In this document: positions 19,109 to 33,469 of the stretch, piece after piece
Position numbering within the stretch: the first letter of the stretch is position 1
Layout of the letters: each line of letters starts with the position of its first letter
Assembly (NCBI GenBank): GCA_963833985.1
Contig: CAWIAD010000002.1
Span: forward strand, 3,840,001 to 3,904,000
Reading direction: 5' to 3'
Length of the DNA stretch: 64,000 bases
Source of the DNA: an uncultured Planctomycetaceae bacterium
GTDB taxonomy: Bacteria > Planctomycetota > Planctomycetia > Isosphaerales > Isosphaeraceae
The notes under the pieces: model-generated
Seen by the model: the letters and a program-made list of their open reading frames with translations, nothing else
Database searches by the model: none
What the model was told of the DNA's origin: nothing
Program-made: the position numbers and the translations under genes

Positions 19109-20810
19109 ATGCCACTGCTGGTCCGCCGACTCGCCGTAACGCTCGCTGCCGCCATCCTGCTCACAGGCGCCGCACCGCCGAGGGAGGGTCCGCTCGCGGA
19201 CGCACTCCAATCCGTCTCGCCCGAGGCGATCCTGCGGCACATCAAGGTGCTTGCCGGCGACGAGTACGAAGGCCGGGGGCCCGGCACAGCGGGCGAGGAG
19301 AAGACCATTGCCTACCTGACCGGGAAGCTCCGGTCGATGGGGCTGAAGCCGGGGAATCCGGACGGCAGCTTCCTCCAGAATGTGCCGCTTGTGGGGTTTC
19401 AGAGCACGCGCGTCGCCGGCTCTTTCCAGGCGGGCGGGCGAACCATCGCGCTGGAGTTCCCCAGGAACTTTGTCGCGATGCCGGGAAAGGCCGGCGAGGA
19501 GCCGAGGATCAATGGCTCGGAGGTCGTCTTCGTGGGCTACGGAGTCGTGGCCCCGGAGTATGATTGGGATGATTACAAGGGGCTCGACGTCCGGGGCAAG
19601 ACCATCCTCATGCTTGTGGGCGACCCGCCGGTCCCCGACCCCAAGGATCCCTCGAAGCTTGATCCCGGCCTGTTCAAGGGCCCGGCAATGACTTATTACG
19701 GCCGCTGGACGTACAAGTACGAGATCGCCGCCAGGCTGGGGGCGGCTGCCGCCATCATCGTCCACGAGGATGGTCCGGCCGGCTACCCGTTCTCGGTGGT
19801 CCAGGGAAGCTGGAGCCGCGAGAACTTCGATATCGTCGCCTCGCCGTCCAGCGCACCGGCGGCGGTTGTTCCGGTCAGAGGCTGGATCGACTCGCCCACG
19901 GCCAGAACCCTCTGCCAGGCAACCGGCCACGACCTGCCAGAGCTCAAGAGTGCGGCGATCCGCCGCGACTTCCGACCCGTTCCCCTGAGCGCCAGCGCCC
20001 GGTTCGAGATCGACGCCAGGACACGCCAGGTCCAGTCGCACAACGTGGTCGCCAGGCTGGAGGGCTCCGACCCTCAGCTCAAGGACCAGTACGTGATCTT
20101 CACGGCCCACTGGGACCACCTGGGCATCGACCCCAATCTCGAAGGAGACCAGATCTACAACGGCGCGGCCGACAACGCCTCGGGGACGGCCGCGGTGCTC
20201 GAAGATCGCCGGGGCCTTCACGCACGTCCGGCCGGCGCCCGGCGCTCGCTTCTTTTCCTGTTCGTGACCGCAGAGGAGAAAGGCCTTCTGGGGTCGAAGT
20301 ACTACGCCAGTGCCCCGCTCTACCCGCTCGAAGCGCACACTCGCGGACATCAACCTGGACGTGGTCAACCTCTGGGGCAAGACCACCGACCTGATCAGCA
20401 TCGGCATGGGCCAGTCCGAGCTGGATGACCTGATCGTGGACGTGGCGCGGGGACGTGGTCGAACGGTCGGGCCCGACGCGGAGCCCGAGAAGGGCTACTA
20501 CTACCGCTCCGACCATTTCGAGTTTGCCAAACAGGGCGTCCCGGCGCTCGACCCCAAGAGCGGGCGTCACTACATTGACAGGCCCGCCAACTACGCGAAG
20601 CGGAAGCAGGATGAGTACACCGAGAAGAACTATCACAAGGTGAGCGACGAGGTGAAGCCCGACTGGGACCTGGCCGGCGCGGCCGAGGACGCGAAGGTGA
20701 TCCTCGAGGTGGGCTATCGCGTGGCGCAGGGCGATCGCTTTCCGGAGTGGAAGCCCGACAGTGAGTTCCGCGCGCGTCGCGAGGCCATGCTCCAGGCCCG
20801 GCCGCATTGA
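19109..20810 (+). CDS. M28 family metallopeptidase with PA domain (frameshifted)
   Basis: Signal peptide, [37 protein letters not shown] and YHKVSDE motifs. Confidence 0.92.
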
Positions 20811-20817
20811 CGACGAT

Positions 20818-22744
20818 GTGCGCGACTCGCTTCAGAAGCAGAACCACGGGGAGGGTGCTCGCGTGAGGACCTCCGCACGAGGGTGGTGGATCGTCTCCAG
20901 CATCTTCCTGGCGACCGCCGGAACGGTGGCGGCCTGGGCGGACATGCGCACCGGGTGGATCACGCCCGCGTTCGACTTCGTGGCCCACCAGTTCTACGAG
21001 ATCCCCGTGCTGGCGCGGATCCGCCGGCCGTCGCAGCTCTTGCTGGTGCGCCAGCACCTGGCCGTCGCCACCGGCCTGGCCGTGCTCGGACTGGGCGCGA
21101 GCGCCCGCCTGGGCGGCCATGCCCGCGCGTTTCTCGTCGTTCTGTGGGTCGGCTACGCGCTCCGTGCAACGATCTGGATCTGTGGCGGCAACCTGCCGCT
21201 GGTGCCCGGCGATAGCTGCCATTACCTGGAGGTGGCCACCTCCGTCTACCGCGGCGAGGGGCCTGTGAAGCATTACGTCGAGAGCTTCTTCACCGACTAT
21301 CCGAAGATTCTCGAAGGCAGGGGCGTGCTCGACGACTGGGCCACGCCGCTGGACGCCTACGTGCGGGCGGGGTGGTTCCGGCTTGCCGGCGTCGAGCCGG
21401 GGAATTCGCTCGAGGCGACGGTCGCTTCCGCGAAGGCGTGCAGCTTCACAATCAACCTGGCCACGCTTCCCCTCCTCTACCTGTTCGGCCGCAGGCGCTT
21501 CGGCAGGGAAGCGGGCCTCATGGCGATGGCGGTCCTCGCGGTGCTGCCCGTTCACGCCATCTACGCGGGGTTCGTGCTCCGTGAAAGCCTGGTGGCGCTG
21601 ACCGCGCTGCTGGCCGTCTGGACCTTGACCGAGGTCTGGCACTGCCAGCGGGGCAGCCGCCTTTCGTGGCTCTGGGCGGCAGCGGCCGGGATGTCCGGAG
21701 GACTGGCCATCCTGGCGCGGAACACGGCGCTCGCCATCATCGCCGCGGCCGGGCTGATTGCGGTCGTCCGGCTGGTCCGCACAAGACCGGGCCAGCTCCT
21801 GCTGTGGATGACGCTCATGGTGCTGGTGATCCTGCCCTGGGCCGTTGCGACGACGCGCGAATATGGAGCTCCGTTTCATTCGTATACCAGCTACTTTGAA
21901 TATAACTTCTCCTGGACCGTCCATCACTTCGACCGGGGGAACACCCGGCCCGACCAGTTCTACACCTGGGCCAACGCGCCGGAGATCCTCCGGGTGAAGT
22001 TCAAGTCGCTGCTCATCATCGCCGTCTACTCCACGATGATCCTCGGATTGCCGCTTGCCGCCGGCTTCGCCGCCCGGCTGCTGCGCAGACCCGGAGCGTC
22101 CCGGACGCGACGTCGACGTGCTGGCGGCGGCCGTGCTCCTGGTGTTCGTGCTGGCCACGCTCAAGAGCATTCCGGACGTCACCCAGGTCGCGCAGCTCGG
22201 ACGCTATTACCTGCCGGCGTTCCTTCTAACTCTTCCCAGGCGCCGTGGCCGGCGTGCTCGACTGGCTGGACCGGAACCGGATCGGCAGACATGCCCGGGG
22301 ACGGCTGGCCGCCGTCTTCGTACTGCTAGTCTGGGCCGACCCCACCTGGGCCTATGACGCTTCCTGGGTGGTGAAGCCGCACCAGCTTCACTGGCCGGCC
22401 CTGGCCGCGGCGGGTGACTGGATCAAGAGCCATCCCGAGCGCGTTCCGGCCGATGCGCGGGTCATGACCTGGCTCCCCTGGGAGCTGCGCATCGTCAGTG
22501 ACCGCACGACGATCCTCATGCCGCGGAGCTACGCCCCGCGCCGCATCGAGGAAGTCATCCAGCAGTACAAGGTGACTCACGTCCTGTGGGGCTCGTTCGA
22601 CCCGCCCCCGCACTCCGACCCGGAGACCTGGGCGCGTACCTCGAGTCGTTGCGTGCGGGGCTGGGCTTGACCTCGGACCGCGAGCTTTACCGCTCACCCA
22701 GGGACACGCCGTTCTATCCGGTCCGTCTCTACCGCCTGCGCTGA
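20818..22744 (+). CDS. ArnT/PMT-like (GT-C) membrane glycosyltransferase (frameshifted)
   Basis: Multiple TM helices, PGDSCHY, LRESL and LAILARN. ORFs 20761.., 22055.. and 22245.. join across frameshifts. Confidence 0.75.
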
Positions 22745-22755
22745 GAGGCCCCCGT

Positions 22756-25721
<2,966 letters not shown>

Positions 25722-25867
25722 TCATTAGAGGTCAACGGCCCGCAGCCGGGAAGGAACGTTCCTCCAAAAGGCTTGCCTGATCCTCTCGGAAGCGAGAAGG
25801 ACTACCCACAGTTCCGCATCATTCCGTATCCTGAACCTCTGGAAGCCCAGCACGACCGGAGGACTCG

Positions 25868-26770
25868 ATGGACGGCCAGACAGACAATCGCAAGCGGCTC
25901 GCCTCTCTCCTCGATCAGGTGGCGGTTCACGAGGGGACGCAGGGGACGCTGGTCGAGGGCGTGCAAGTGAGCCGGGTGTCGAAGCCGGTGCCCCGGGCCC
26001 CGGTCGTTTACCAGCCGAAGATCCTCATTGTCGGCCAGGGCGTGAAGCAGGCCTTTCTCGGCGGCGCGGTCTACAGGTACGACGCATACAATTATCTGGT
26101 CCTGTCCGTGCCGCTGCCAGCGGAGTGCGAGACCGAGGCGAGCCCCGAGGAGCCCTTGCTCCTGCTCGCCATCAATGTCGAGCCGACCATGCTCGGCGAG
26201 ATGCTGCTGGACATGGACGACCCCTTGCCGTCTTTTGAAGCGACGCCGCGGGCCATCTCCTCCACGCCCATGACCGAGGACCTGGGCGGTGCCGTCGTCC
26301 GACTCCTGGAGTGCCTCCAGTCGCCACTGGACAGCCGCATGCTCGGCCGCCAGACGGTCCGCGAGATCGTTTACCGTGTGCTTCAGGGCGAGCAGGGAGG
26401 GGCGCTCCGTGCCCTGGCTCGCCGGGACGACCACTTCTCCCGGATTGCCCGAGTGCTGAGGCACGTCCACACCGAGTATGCGAAGCCGCTCAGCGTCGAG
26501 CAACTGGCAAGGCAGGCGGGAATGAGCGTCGCGGCCTTCCATCACAACTTCAAGCTCGTGACGGCAAGCTCGCCGCTCCGGTACCTGAAGCGGGTCAGGC
26601 TCGACCACGCGAGGCGGCTCATGGCTCACGACGGCTACAACGCAAGCACCGCCGCACGGGCGGTCGGCTACGAGAGCCCGTCGCAGTTCAGCCGGGAGCT
26701 CAAGCGGCTCTTTGGTGTCAGCCCCGTCGTCGAAGCCGGACAGACGCGGGCTCGTCTTGTCGCCGGATGA
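25868..26770 (+). CDS. AraC family regulator (AraC_N/YqhC-like)
   Basis: VYQPKILIVGQG N-domain and C-terminal double HTH with VGYESPSQFSRE. Divergent from the aldo/keto reductase. Confidence 0.92.
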   Translation: MDGQTDNRKRLASLLDQVAVHEGTQGTLVEGVQVSRVSKPVPRAPVVYQPKILIVGQGVKQAFLGGAVYRYDAYNYLVLSVPLPAECETEASPEEPLLLLAINVEPTMLGEMLLDMDDPLPSFEATPRAISSTPMTEDLGGAVVRLLECLQSPLDSRMLGRQTVREIVYRVLQGEQGGALRALARRDDHFSRIARVLRHVHTEYAKPLSVEQLARQAGMSVAAFHHNFKLVTASSPLRYLKRVRLDHARRLMAHDGYNASTAARAVGYESPSQFSRELKRLFGVSPVVEAGQTRARLVAG

Positions 26771-26802
26771 AGGCCCGTCGCAACAAAGAGTCGCCGTGCA
26801 CC

Positions 26803-27961
26803 TCATTGTCGGGCGGCTTCGGCCGTCCGTCCGGTCCGGGCGTCGATGGTAAGTCGATAGCGCTGGCGGAGCGCGCCCATGATGGCGTCCCAGCTCTGGC
26901 TGAGGGCGTAGGCACGGGCTTCCCCGGCCATGGCGCGGAGGCGGTCCGGCTCGGCAAGGAGCGCGAGGATGGCCTCGGCGAAGGCTGCCGGCGGCTCGAC
27001 CGATTCGACGAGCAGACCGGTCTTGCCCGGCTGCACGGTGTCTCCCACACCGCCGGCGCGGAGGGCCGCCACGGGCATGCCGGACGCCATGGCCTCCAGC
27101 ACCACGTTGCCAAAGGTCTCTGTCAGGCTCGTGAACGCGAACAGGTCGCCGACCGCGTAATAGTCGGCCAGCTCCTCGCCCACCCGGTAGCCCGCAAACC
27201 GGGCGATGCCGCCGATCTTCCGCTCCAGCTCGCCACGCGTCGGGCCGTCACCCACGAAGAGGATACGCACGTCAGGCCGGCGCGCCGCCACGATCTCCAG
27301 GGCATCGGCGAGGTAACCAACGTTCTTCTCGGCGGCAATCCGGCTGACATAACTGATTACCAGGTCATCCGGTCCCCAGCCCAGCTCTTGCCGCAGGCGC
27401 TGGCGTCCGGGCCGGTCGGGCCGGAACAGGGTTCCATCGACACCGCGCGGCCAGAGCACCAGCCGCTCGAAGCCGAGGGCCTCCAGCCCGCGGATGGTGG
27501 TCAGCGACGGCACGTAGGTTTCGCGGGTGCGGTTGTGAAACCAGCGGAGATAGCGCCAGATCGTGCCGTTGGCCCAGCCCATGCGGTAGTGCTTGCTATA
27601 CTGGTCGAAGTTCGTATGAAAGCTGGAGACCGTTGGCAGCTTGCGTCGCAGCACGTGGCGAAGCACCGTCAGCCCCAGAGTGGCCTCGGTGGCGATGTGT
27701 ACGATGTCCGGGCGGAACGCGTCGATCGCCTGCCGCACGGGACGAAACGGCGGCAAGGGCAGATAGAGCCTCCTTGTAGAAGGGCAGGTTCACCGACCGC
27801 ACGAGATGAACGTCCGCCCGCGTGGCTGGAGCTCCATAGTCGGGATGGATGAGCTGAACCAGGTCTCCCTGCTCGGTGAGGTGTCGGACCAGCTCGCCGA
27901 GCGTACGGGAAACGCCGTTGACCTGAGGGAAATACGTTTCGGTGACGAGACTGACGCGCAT
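26803..27961 (-). CDS. GT4 glycosyltransferase (frameshift near 27765)
   Basis: VTETYFPQVNGVSRT, WPRGVD and ETFGNVVLEAMASG motifs. Confidence 0.92.
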
Positions 27962-27970
27962 CGGGTCTCT

Positions 27971-28348
27971 TCAGGCCTCCGGTGACGAGCTGGGGTGCTT
28001 CGTGTAGCGCGGCTGGTAGAGCTGGACCACGAAGTCTCCGGGAACCTTGAAGTGCGTGACCAGGCCATAGCCGTGATCGGCGATCTGATCGGTGAACTCG
28101 ACACCGCGGTACCGCAGCTCGGAGACGGTCGTCTCGATGTCATCACAGTAAAACGAGATGTCATGAGTCCCCGACACCGCGCCCTTGGCCGTGTCCTCGG
28201 GGTGGCATCCCATCTCGGCCTCGGGAAGGTCGAAGATCAGCCATCCTTCACCGGCATCCGAGCAGGGCAGGCCAAGCTTGTCGCGCAGGAACGCACGCAG
28301 CTCGTCCGGCTGCGACGAGTAGAACATCGTGTGGACACCGCGGATCAT
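27971..28348 (-). CDS. VOC/glyoxalase family protein
   Basis: GVHTMFYS...FLRDKLG and ISFYCDDIETTVSEL..RGV. Confidence 0.85.
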   Translation of the reverse strand: MIRGVHTMFYSSQPDELRAFLRDKLGLPCSDAGEGWLIFDLPEAEMGCHPEDTAKGAVSGTHDISFYCDDIETTVSELRYRGVEFTDQIADHGYGLVTHFKVPGDFVVQLYQPRYTKHPSSSPEA

Positions 28349-28613
28349 GGGCGGCTCCTCTTGCGGTAAAAGTAGAGGCGGCACGGCCGACGATTCTCCC
28401 TTCATCCCGGCCGCTTGCCAAGCACAAACGGACCGAGCCCGGCTCCAGTTTCCGTTCCGGCACCGATCTGCATGTTGCGCCGGTCGGCGCACGCAAGAGA
28501 CGCCGGGTCGGTCGTTGGGTGCTGGGCCGGCTAGTGGTACACTGATCGGGATTGCTGCCTGGTCCCCGGACGGTGGATCGTGGTCTTCTTCTCCGCCTGC
28601 GAGTCTTACACTC

Positions 28614-29999
28614 ATGAATCAGCGACACACTGCTTCCCCGGGCGGCTCTCGCCGCGACTTCCTGCGAGCTTCTCTTGGGACGATGACCGCCGGCCTGGCG
28701 TTTCCGACCATCGTGCCGGCAGCTTCGCTCGGACTCGGCGGCCGGATCGCGCCGAGCAACCGGGTGACGGTCGCGGTCATCGGCACGGGCAACCAGGGGT
28801 TCAACGATATTGGCTCATTCCTGCGCGACGAGCGCGTGCAGATCGTGGCCGTCTGCGACGTGAACCGCGAAAGCGCAGGGTACTGGGACGGCAAGGTCGG
28901 CGGCCGCGAGCCGGCCAAACGCAAGGTGGAAGAATACTACGCGGGGCACAAGCCCTCGGGCACCTATCGCGGCTGCGACGCGGTGGTCGATTTCCGCGAG
29001 ATCCTGGGGCGGAGCGACATCGACGCCGTCGAGGTCGCCACTCCGGACCACTGGCACGCCATTCCGGTGATCGAGGCCTGCAAGGCGGGAAAGGATATCT
29101 ATTGCCAGAAGCCGCTGGCCCTGACCATCGCCGAGGGCCGCGCCATGAGCTACGCCGTGAACAAGCACCACGTCGTTTTTCAGACCGGCAGCCAGCAGCG
29201 GTCCGACGACCGCTTCCACCGCGCCTGCGAGCTGGTGCGCAACGGCCGCATCGGCGAGCTGAAGACGGCCCGCGTCGGACTGCCCGGCGGGCGGCCCGAC
29301 CTGGCGAAAACGGGCGATCGCAAATCGCCCGCGCCGGTTCCGCAAGGCTTCGAGTATAACACCTGGCTGGGCCCCGCGCCCGACGCCTCCTATGCCCCAG
29401 CGCGGTGCCATGTGAACTTCCGCTGGATCCTCGATTACTCGGGCGGACAGGTGACCGACTGGGGCGGGCATCATCCGGACATCGCCCAGTGGGGCATGGG
29501 CACCGAGCTGACCGGCCCGGTCGAGCTGCGCAACATCCACGGCGAGTTTCCTCCCGACCCGCTCTGGAACACCGCGACCGATTTCCATATCGAGGCCGTC
29601 TACGAGAACGGTGTCACCATGATCATCTCGAACAAGAACCGCATGGGCGTGACGTTCGAGGGGAGCAAGGGAAGCATCTACGTCGACAGGGGGAAGCTCA
29701 CGGCCGACCCGAAGTCGATCCTCGATTCGAAGATCGGCCCGAACGAGATCCACCTCTACAAGAGCGATGACCACTTCCGGAACTTCATCGACTGCGTGAT
29801 CTCGCGCGGACCGACCGCCGCACCCGTCGAGGTGGCCCACCGCTCGATCACGATCGCCCATCTGGGGAACATCGCCATGCGGCTCGGCCGCAAGACTCTG
29901 AAGTGGGACCCGCGCACCGAGCAGATCGTGGGCGACGAGGAAGCCTCGAAGCTGCTCAGCCGGCCGTACCGTGATCCCTGGAAATTGCCAACCGCTTGA
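28614..29999 (+). CDS. Tat-exported Gfo/Idh/MocA oxidoreductase
   Basis: SRRDFL Tat signal, VIGTG, ATPDHWH, CQKP and DWGGHH. Confidence 0.92.
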   Translation: MNQRHTASPGGSRRDFLRASLGTMTAGLAFPTIVPAASLGLGGRIAPSNRVTVAVIGTGNQGFNDIGSFLRDERVQIVAVCDVNRESAGYWDGKVGGREPAKRKVEEYYAGHKPSGTYRGCDAVVDFREILGRSDIDAVEVATPDHWHAIPVIEACKAGKDIYCQKPLALTIAEGRAMSYAVNKHHVVFQTGSQQRSDDRFHRACELVRNGRIGELKTARVGLPGGRPDLAKTGDRKSPAPVPQGFEYNTWLGPAPDASYAPARCHVNFRWILDYSGGQVTDWGGHHPDIAQWGMGTELTGPVELRNIHGEFPPDPLWNTATDFHIEAVYENGVTMIISNKNRMGVTFEGSKGSIYVDRGKLTADPKSILDSKIGPNEIHLYKSDDHFRNFIDCVISRGPTAAPVEVAHRSITIAHLGNIAMRLGRKTLKWDPRTEQIVGDEEASKLLSRPYRDPWKLPTA

Positions 30000-30014
30000 T
30001 CAGGGGGCAGACCG

Positions 30015-30812
30015 TTGAAGAAGAATCCAGTCATCCGGGCACTCCAGGCGGGCAAACCGCAAATTGGCACGTGGCTCTCGCTGGGCAGCGTGGCCGCGGC
30101 ACGGTTCATGGCACGCGCCGGCTGGCCCTGGCTCACTGTTGACATGGAGCACACCCATACCGACATCCAGACCGCGGCACTCATGTTCGCGGCCATCGCC
30201 GATGCCGGCTGCGTTCCCCTGGCGCGTGTGCCGACCGGCAAGCACGAGTGGATCAAGATGGTGCTCGACTGCGGCGCGATGGGGATCGTGGCTCCCATGG
30301 TCATGGACCCGGCCGAGGCCAGGGCCATCGTGGCGGCCACCAAGTACCCGCCGCGCGGCAACCGCTCGGTCGGCGGCGGCTTCCACGCCATCAACTTCGG
30401 CGCCACCGCAGAGGAATACTACCGCCACGCGGACGATGAGATCCTCGTCGTGCTTCAGACCGAGCACATCCACGCCGTGGAAGTTGCCGACGAGATCTAC
30501 GCCGTCCCTGGCATCGACGCGATCTTCATCGGTCCCAACGACCTGGCCTACTCGATGCGTTCCGCCGATGGAGCCATGCCCGATAAGGAACACTTCGAAG
30601 CGACACTCGCGCGGATCTTGCAGACCGCCCAGCTTCACAAGGTCCCCTGCGGCCTGCACGTCCTGACCGCCGAGGACGCCCTCCGCCGCGCCCGCCAGGG
30701 CTTTCAATTCATTGCCGTCGGCAGCGAGCTCAAGTTCATGCTCGACGGCTGCGCCGACGCGATGCGCCTGATCAACCCCAGGGAAGACGTGGAGGGGCTG
30801 GCGAAGTATTGA
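30015..30812 (+). CDS. HpcH/HpaI aldolase
   Basis: [20 protein letters not shown] and FIGPNDL motifs. Confidence 0.92.
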   Translation: MKKNPVIRALQAGKPQIGTWLSLGSVAAARFMARAGWPWLTVDMEHTHTDIQTAALMFAAIADAGCVPLARVPTGKHEWIKMVLDCGAMGIVAPMVMDPAEARAIVAATKYPPRGNRSVGGGFHAINFGATAEEYYRHADDEILVVLQTEHIHAVEVADEIYAVPGIDAIFIGPNDLAYSMRSADGAMPDKEHFEATLARILQTAQLHKVPCGLHVLTAEDALRRARQGFQFIAVGSELKFMLDGCADAMRLINPREDVEGLAKY

Positions 30813-30902
30813 ACGAGGTTTTGCCGGCCCCTGGTGGCCTCCAGTCCCAATTGCGTTGCACTTGAATAAGTGCGCTTGTGGACACAGGCTCCTGAAGCGT
30901 CC

Positions 30903-31094
30903 TCAGATTCCGGGTGCCGAAACCACGAGTTGCCGGCAGATTCGTATTGCCGTGAATTCGGCGATCTCACGATGCCTCGGTATCGAGGTTCTGCGATGAT
31001 TCACCGGATTCTCCCAGATCGAATGTTCGCCTCCCTCACGCACAAATCTACAACCCTGCTGGACCAGGTGTTGCAGTAGATCACGACGCTTCAT
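30903..31094 (-). CDS. hicA: HicA family toxin
   Basis: 63 aa: MKRRDLLQHL..GC..VREGGEHSIW..IPRH. Confidence 0.9.
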   Translation of the reverse strand: MKRRDLLQHLVQQGCRFVREGGEHSIWENPVNHRRTSIPRHREIAEFTAIRICRQLVVSAPGI

Positions 31095-31375
31095 GAGGCC
31101 GCACCGTGAGGTACAAGGTGTACGCGCGAGCTCGCGCTCAGCAAGAGATGGATCGGCTCCTCCAGATCCGCATTGGGATCTGTTGCGCTGGGGTCTGGAC
31201 GGGGCAAAGGCTCGCCGAGCAGCAAGTTTGTCTCTGCCATGTCAACCAGGGCGCTGGCAAGCAGCCTCCGGGCTTCCGCTTCATTCTGACCGAAGGTGAT
31301 CACGCCGGGAAAGTCTAGTAACTCGGCATGGACTCCATCTGGTAAAAATTTGAACATGGCCTTGTACGTTAGCAT
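31091..31375 (-). CDS. hicB: HicB family antitoxin
   Basis: DFPGVITFG..EAEARRLL. ATGA overlap with hicA. Confidence 0.88.
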   Translation of the reverse strand: MLTYKAMFKFLPDGVHAELLDFPGVITFGQNEAEARRLLASALVDMAETNLLLGEPLPRPDPSATDPNADLEEPIHLLLSASSRVHLVPHGAAS

Positions 31376-31645
31376 AGGACAACTCCCTGACGGCGGCTAT
31401 GGAAGCAGCGAAATTACGGTTCTGTAGAGGGCTTTCCCATTAGACTCTCCGTTTCACTCGATGATCAACTGTCTGGCGGGGATGCAACTCGCGAGCGGCA
31501 GTGCAGAAGACAGTGCCGAATACCCTGGCCCGGTGCACGTGCTGTTCCTCTAACGGCATCCATCCTCAGCGGTAGCTGCATCCAAGTTGAGCCGTAGCTG
31601 CATCAACTCCGGGTTGGATGCGCCTGATCAAGTTCCCGGGTTCAT

Positions 31646-32740
31646 TCAAAACCCCTGGATCTCGACCGCGGGATTGAGTGCCTTGACCGTGACCAGGAAC
31701 TCTCGAAACACCGGAAACTGGTTGATCAGGTGAATCCTCCCCTGCCTGTGGCGAATCTCGGCCTGGAAGCAGTTCGTGTCCATCCAGCCGCCGGTCTTGA
31801 TCGAGAGGATTTCCGAGACGGGAACCGAGCGCATCAGGAACCAGCTCTTGAAGAGGATGGATCGGTCCTCTCCAATGGTGATTTCCACCGGGGTCTGGAC
31901 AAGCCGGCCCGTCACGTATATGAAGCCGGACAGGCACAACACCGGAGCCAGTTCTTGCACGCCGAACGCCTTCGAGGCAGCGCCTGAGGGCAAGATGCCA
32001 AGCATGAGAACGAGGGGAACGATGAGGACCCGTGCGGCGATGATGAGCGTTCCCATCGACAGTGCCACGGTGAAGACGACCAGCATCGCGCGAGCCGGCA
32101 AGGGGAGCCGGAATGTCGAGGCCGAAGACTGCGATCCGGACGGGATCGAGGAATCAGGCAGCGATGATGCATTTTTCCCGAGCATCGTGTGAAGCTGGCC
32201 TTCCAGCTCACGCACATGCTCGACCGCCAGGAAGCCCTCCGGTCGCGGGGTGCCCACCCAGCTCTTGCGGTTCTCGAAGACCAGGTTGCCTGACCCATCG
32301 GCCCGCGCGTCGCAGCGGAGCGGCGTGAGCGACGCGCGCGGAAAGCTCAGAACCTCGCGGCGCGCGAAGAACCCCGGCCGGATGATGAGGGCACGGCGGT
32401 CGGTGAGGGCATAAATGGTCCCGCGCCCCTTCCACCATTCCCGGACCGGCCATAACAGCATGTAGAGTCCAGGGGGTAGCATCCACAGCCCTGCACCCAT
32501 GGCGATGAGCACGTTGTGCCGGGCGAATGGGCGAACAGTTTTTCCCTGGTCCCAGTTGTTGTGCCCGCCCTGAACCACGGCGCAGATCCAGAGAACCATG
32601 AACCCCGTGAAGAAGAGTACGAAGAAACCTTTGGAGAGCGATTGCCGGAAGAGTTGCCCCGGCTGGGGCCGACCGGTCCAGAGCACTCGCTCACGCGGTT
32701 CCAGCTCGGGCAAGAGCAGTTCCATGACCTCGTCCGACAT
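31646..32740 (-). CDS. Membrane protein with bacterial PH-like domains
   Basis: LEPRERVLWTGRP, TM pairs, YALTDRRALI and DGSGNLVF. Confidence 0.65.
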   Translation of the reverse strand: MSDEVMELLLPELEPRERVLWTGRPQPGQLFRQSLSKGFFVLFFTGFMVLWICAVVQGGHNNWDQGKTVRPFARHNVLIAMGAGLWMLPPGLYMLLWPVREWWKGRGTIYALTDRRALIIRPGFFARREVLSFPRASLTPLRCDARADGSGNLVFENRKSWVGTPRPEGFLAVEHVRELEGQLHTMLGKNASSLPDSSIPSGSQSSASTFRLPLPARAMLVVFTVALSMGTLIIAARVLIVPLVLMLGILPSGAASKAFGVQELAPVLCLSGFIYVTGRLVQTPVEITIGEDRSILFKSWFLMRSVPVSEILSIKTGGWMDTNCFQAEIRHRQGRIHLINQFPVFREFLVTVKALNPAVEIQGF

Positions 32741-32741
32741 T

Positions 32742-33098
32742 TCAGCTATCCCCTGCGTCCCGCTCCCTTGTCCAGCGACTGTGAATCCATTCCAGGTGGC
32801 CAAGCTGTGTGAGCCGGATGTCCCTGGGACTGAGCGAGTAGGCCAGAATGCGGGCCTCTACCTCGTCGCCGACCCTGGGATAGTCTTCGGGAAAAGCGAT
32901 ACGATATTCCGGGTCGTCCGCGCGGAGCCTGAAATGGATGAGCTCGAGCAAGACGGGAATGCGCGCGTCCAGCCCGATGTCCACGAACACGCCGAAGGGA
33001 TGGACGGACCGAACGCGGCCCTTGACCTGGCTGCCTCGCGGCAGAGCCAGCCGGAGCTCGTCCCATGCACTCTGGCTGAGAAGTTGATCTGAACTCAT
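32742..33098 (-). CDS. Small S1 (OB-fold) domain protein
   Basis: GSQVKGRVRSVHPFGVFVDIG...VGDEVEARIL. Confidence 0.75.
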   Translation of the reverse strand: MSSDQLLSQSAWDELRLALPRGSQVKGRVRSVHPFGVFVDIGLDARIPVLLELIHFRLRADDPEYRIAFPEDYPRVGDEVEARILAYSLSPRDIRLTQLGHLEWIHSRWTRERDAGDS

Positions 33099-33469
33099 GC
33101 GATCGCTTCGAGGCGAACATGGACCGAGCCCGGCACGTGCTTCATCGTAATCGCAAGTCCCATCGCGGTCGATCGCGAATGCTTTCCGCGGGGGTTCTCT
33201 GCCACACGCGCGGTTCCGTGACGAAAACCCACTCGGGTCTTGGACCGGGTCTCCGAGTTCCTTAGACTGAGTGTCAAGGAGAGGATTTCCAGAACTTCGA
33301 TCCTCCCTTGAAATCGAGGCCGCGATCGCTTGGCGGACCAGGCGGCCTCATCACTCCACCGGACGCGGGCCGGCCCAGGATCGGATCGAGGTGGGCGAGA
33401 CACCTCTGCCGGGGCAAGGGGCTCAGGCCGGTCATCCCTCCTGATCGCTGATGATTCGAGGAGCAGGCC

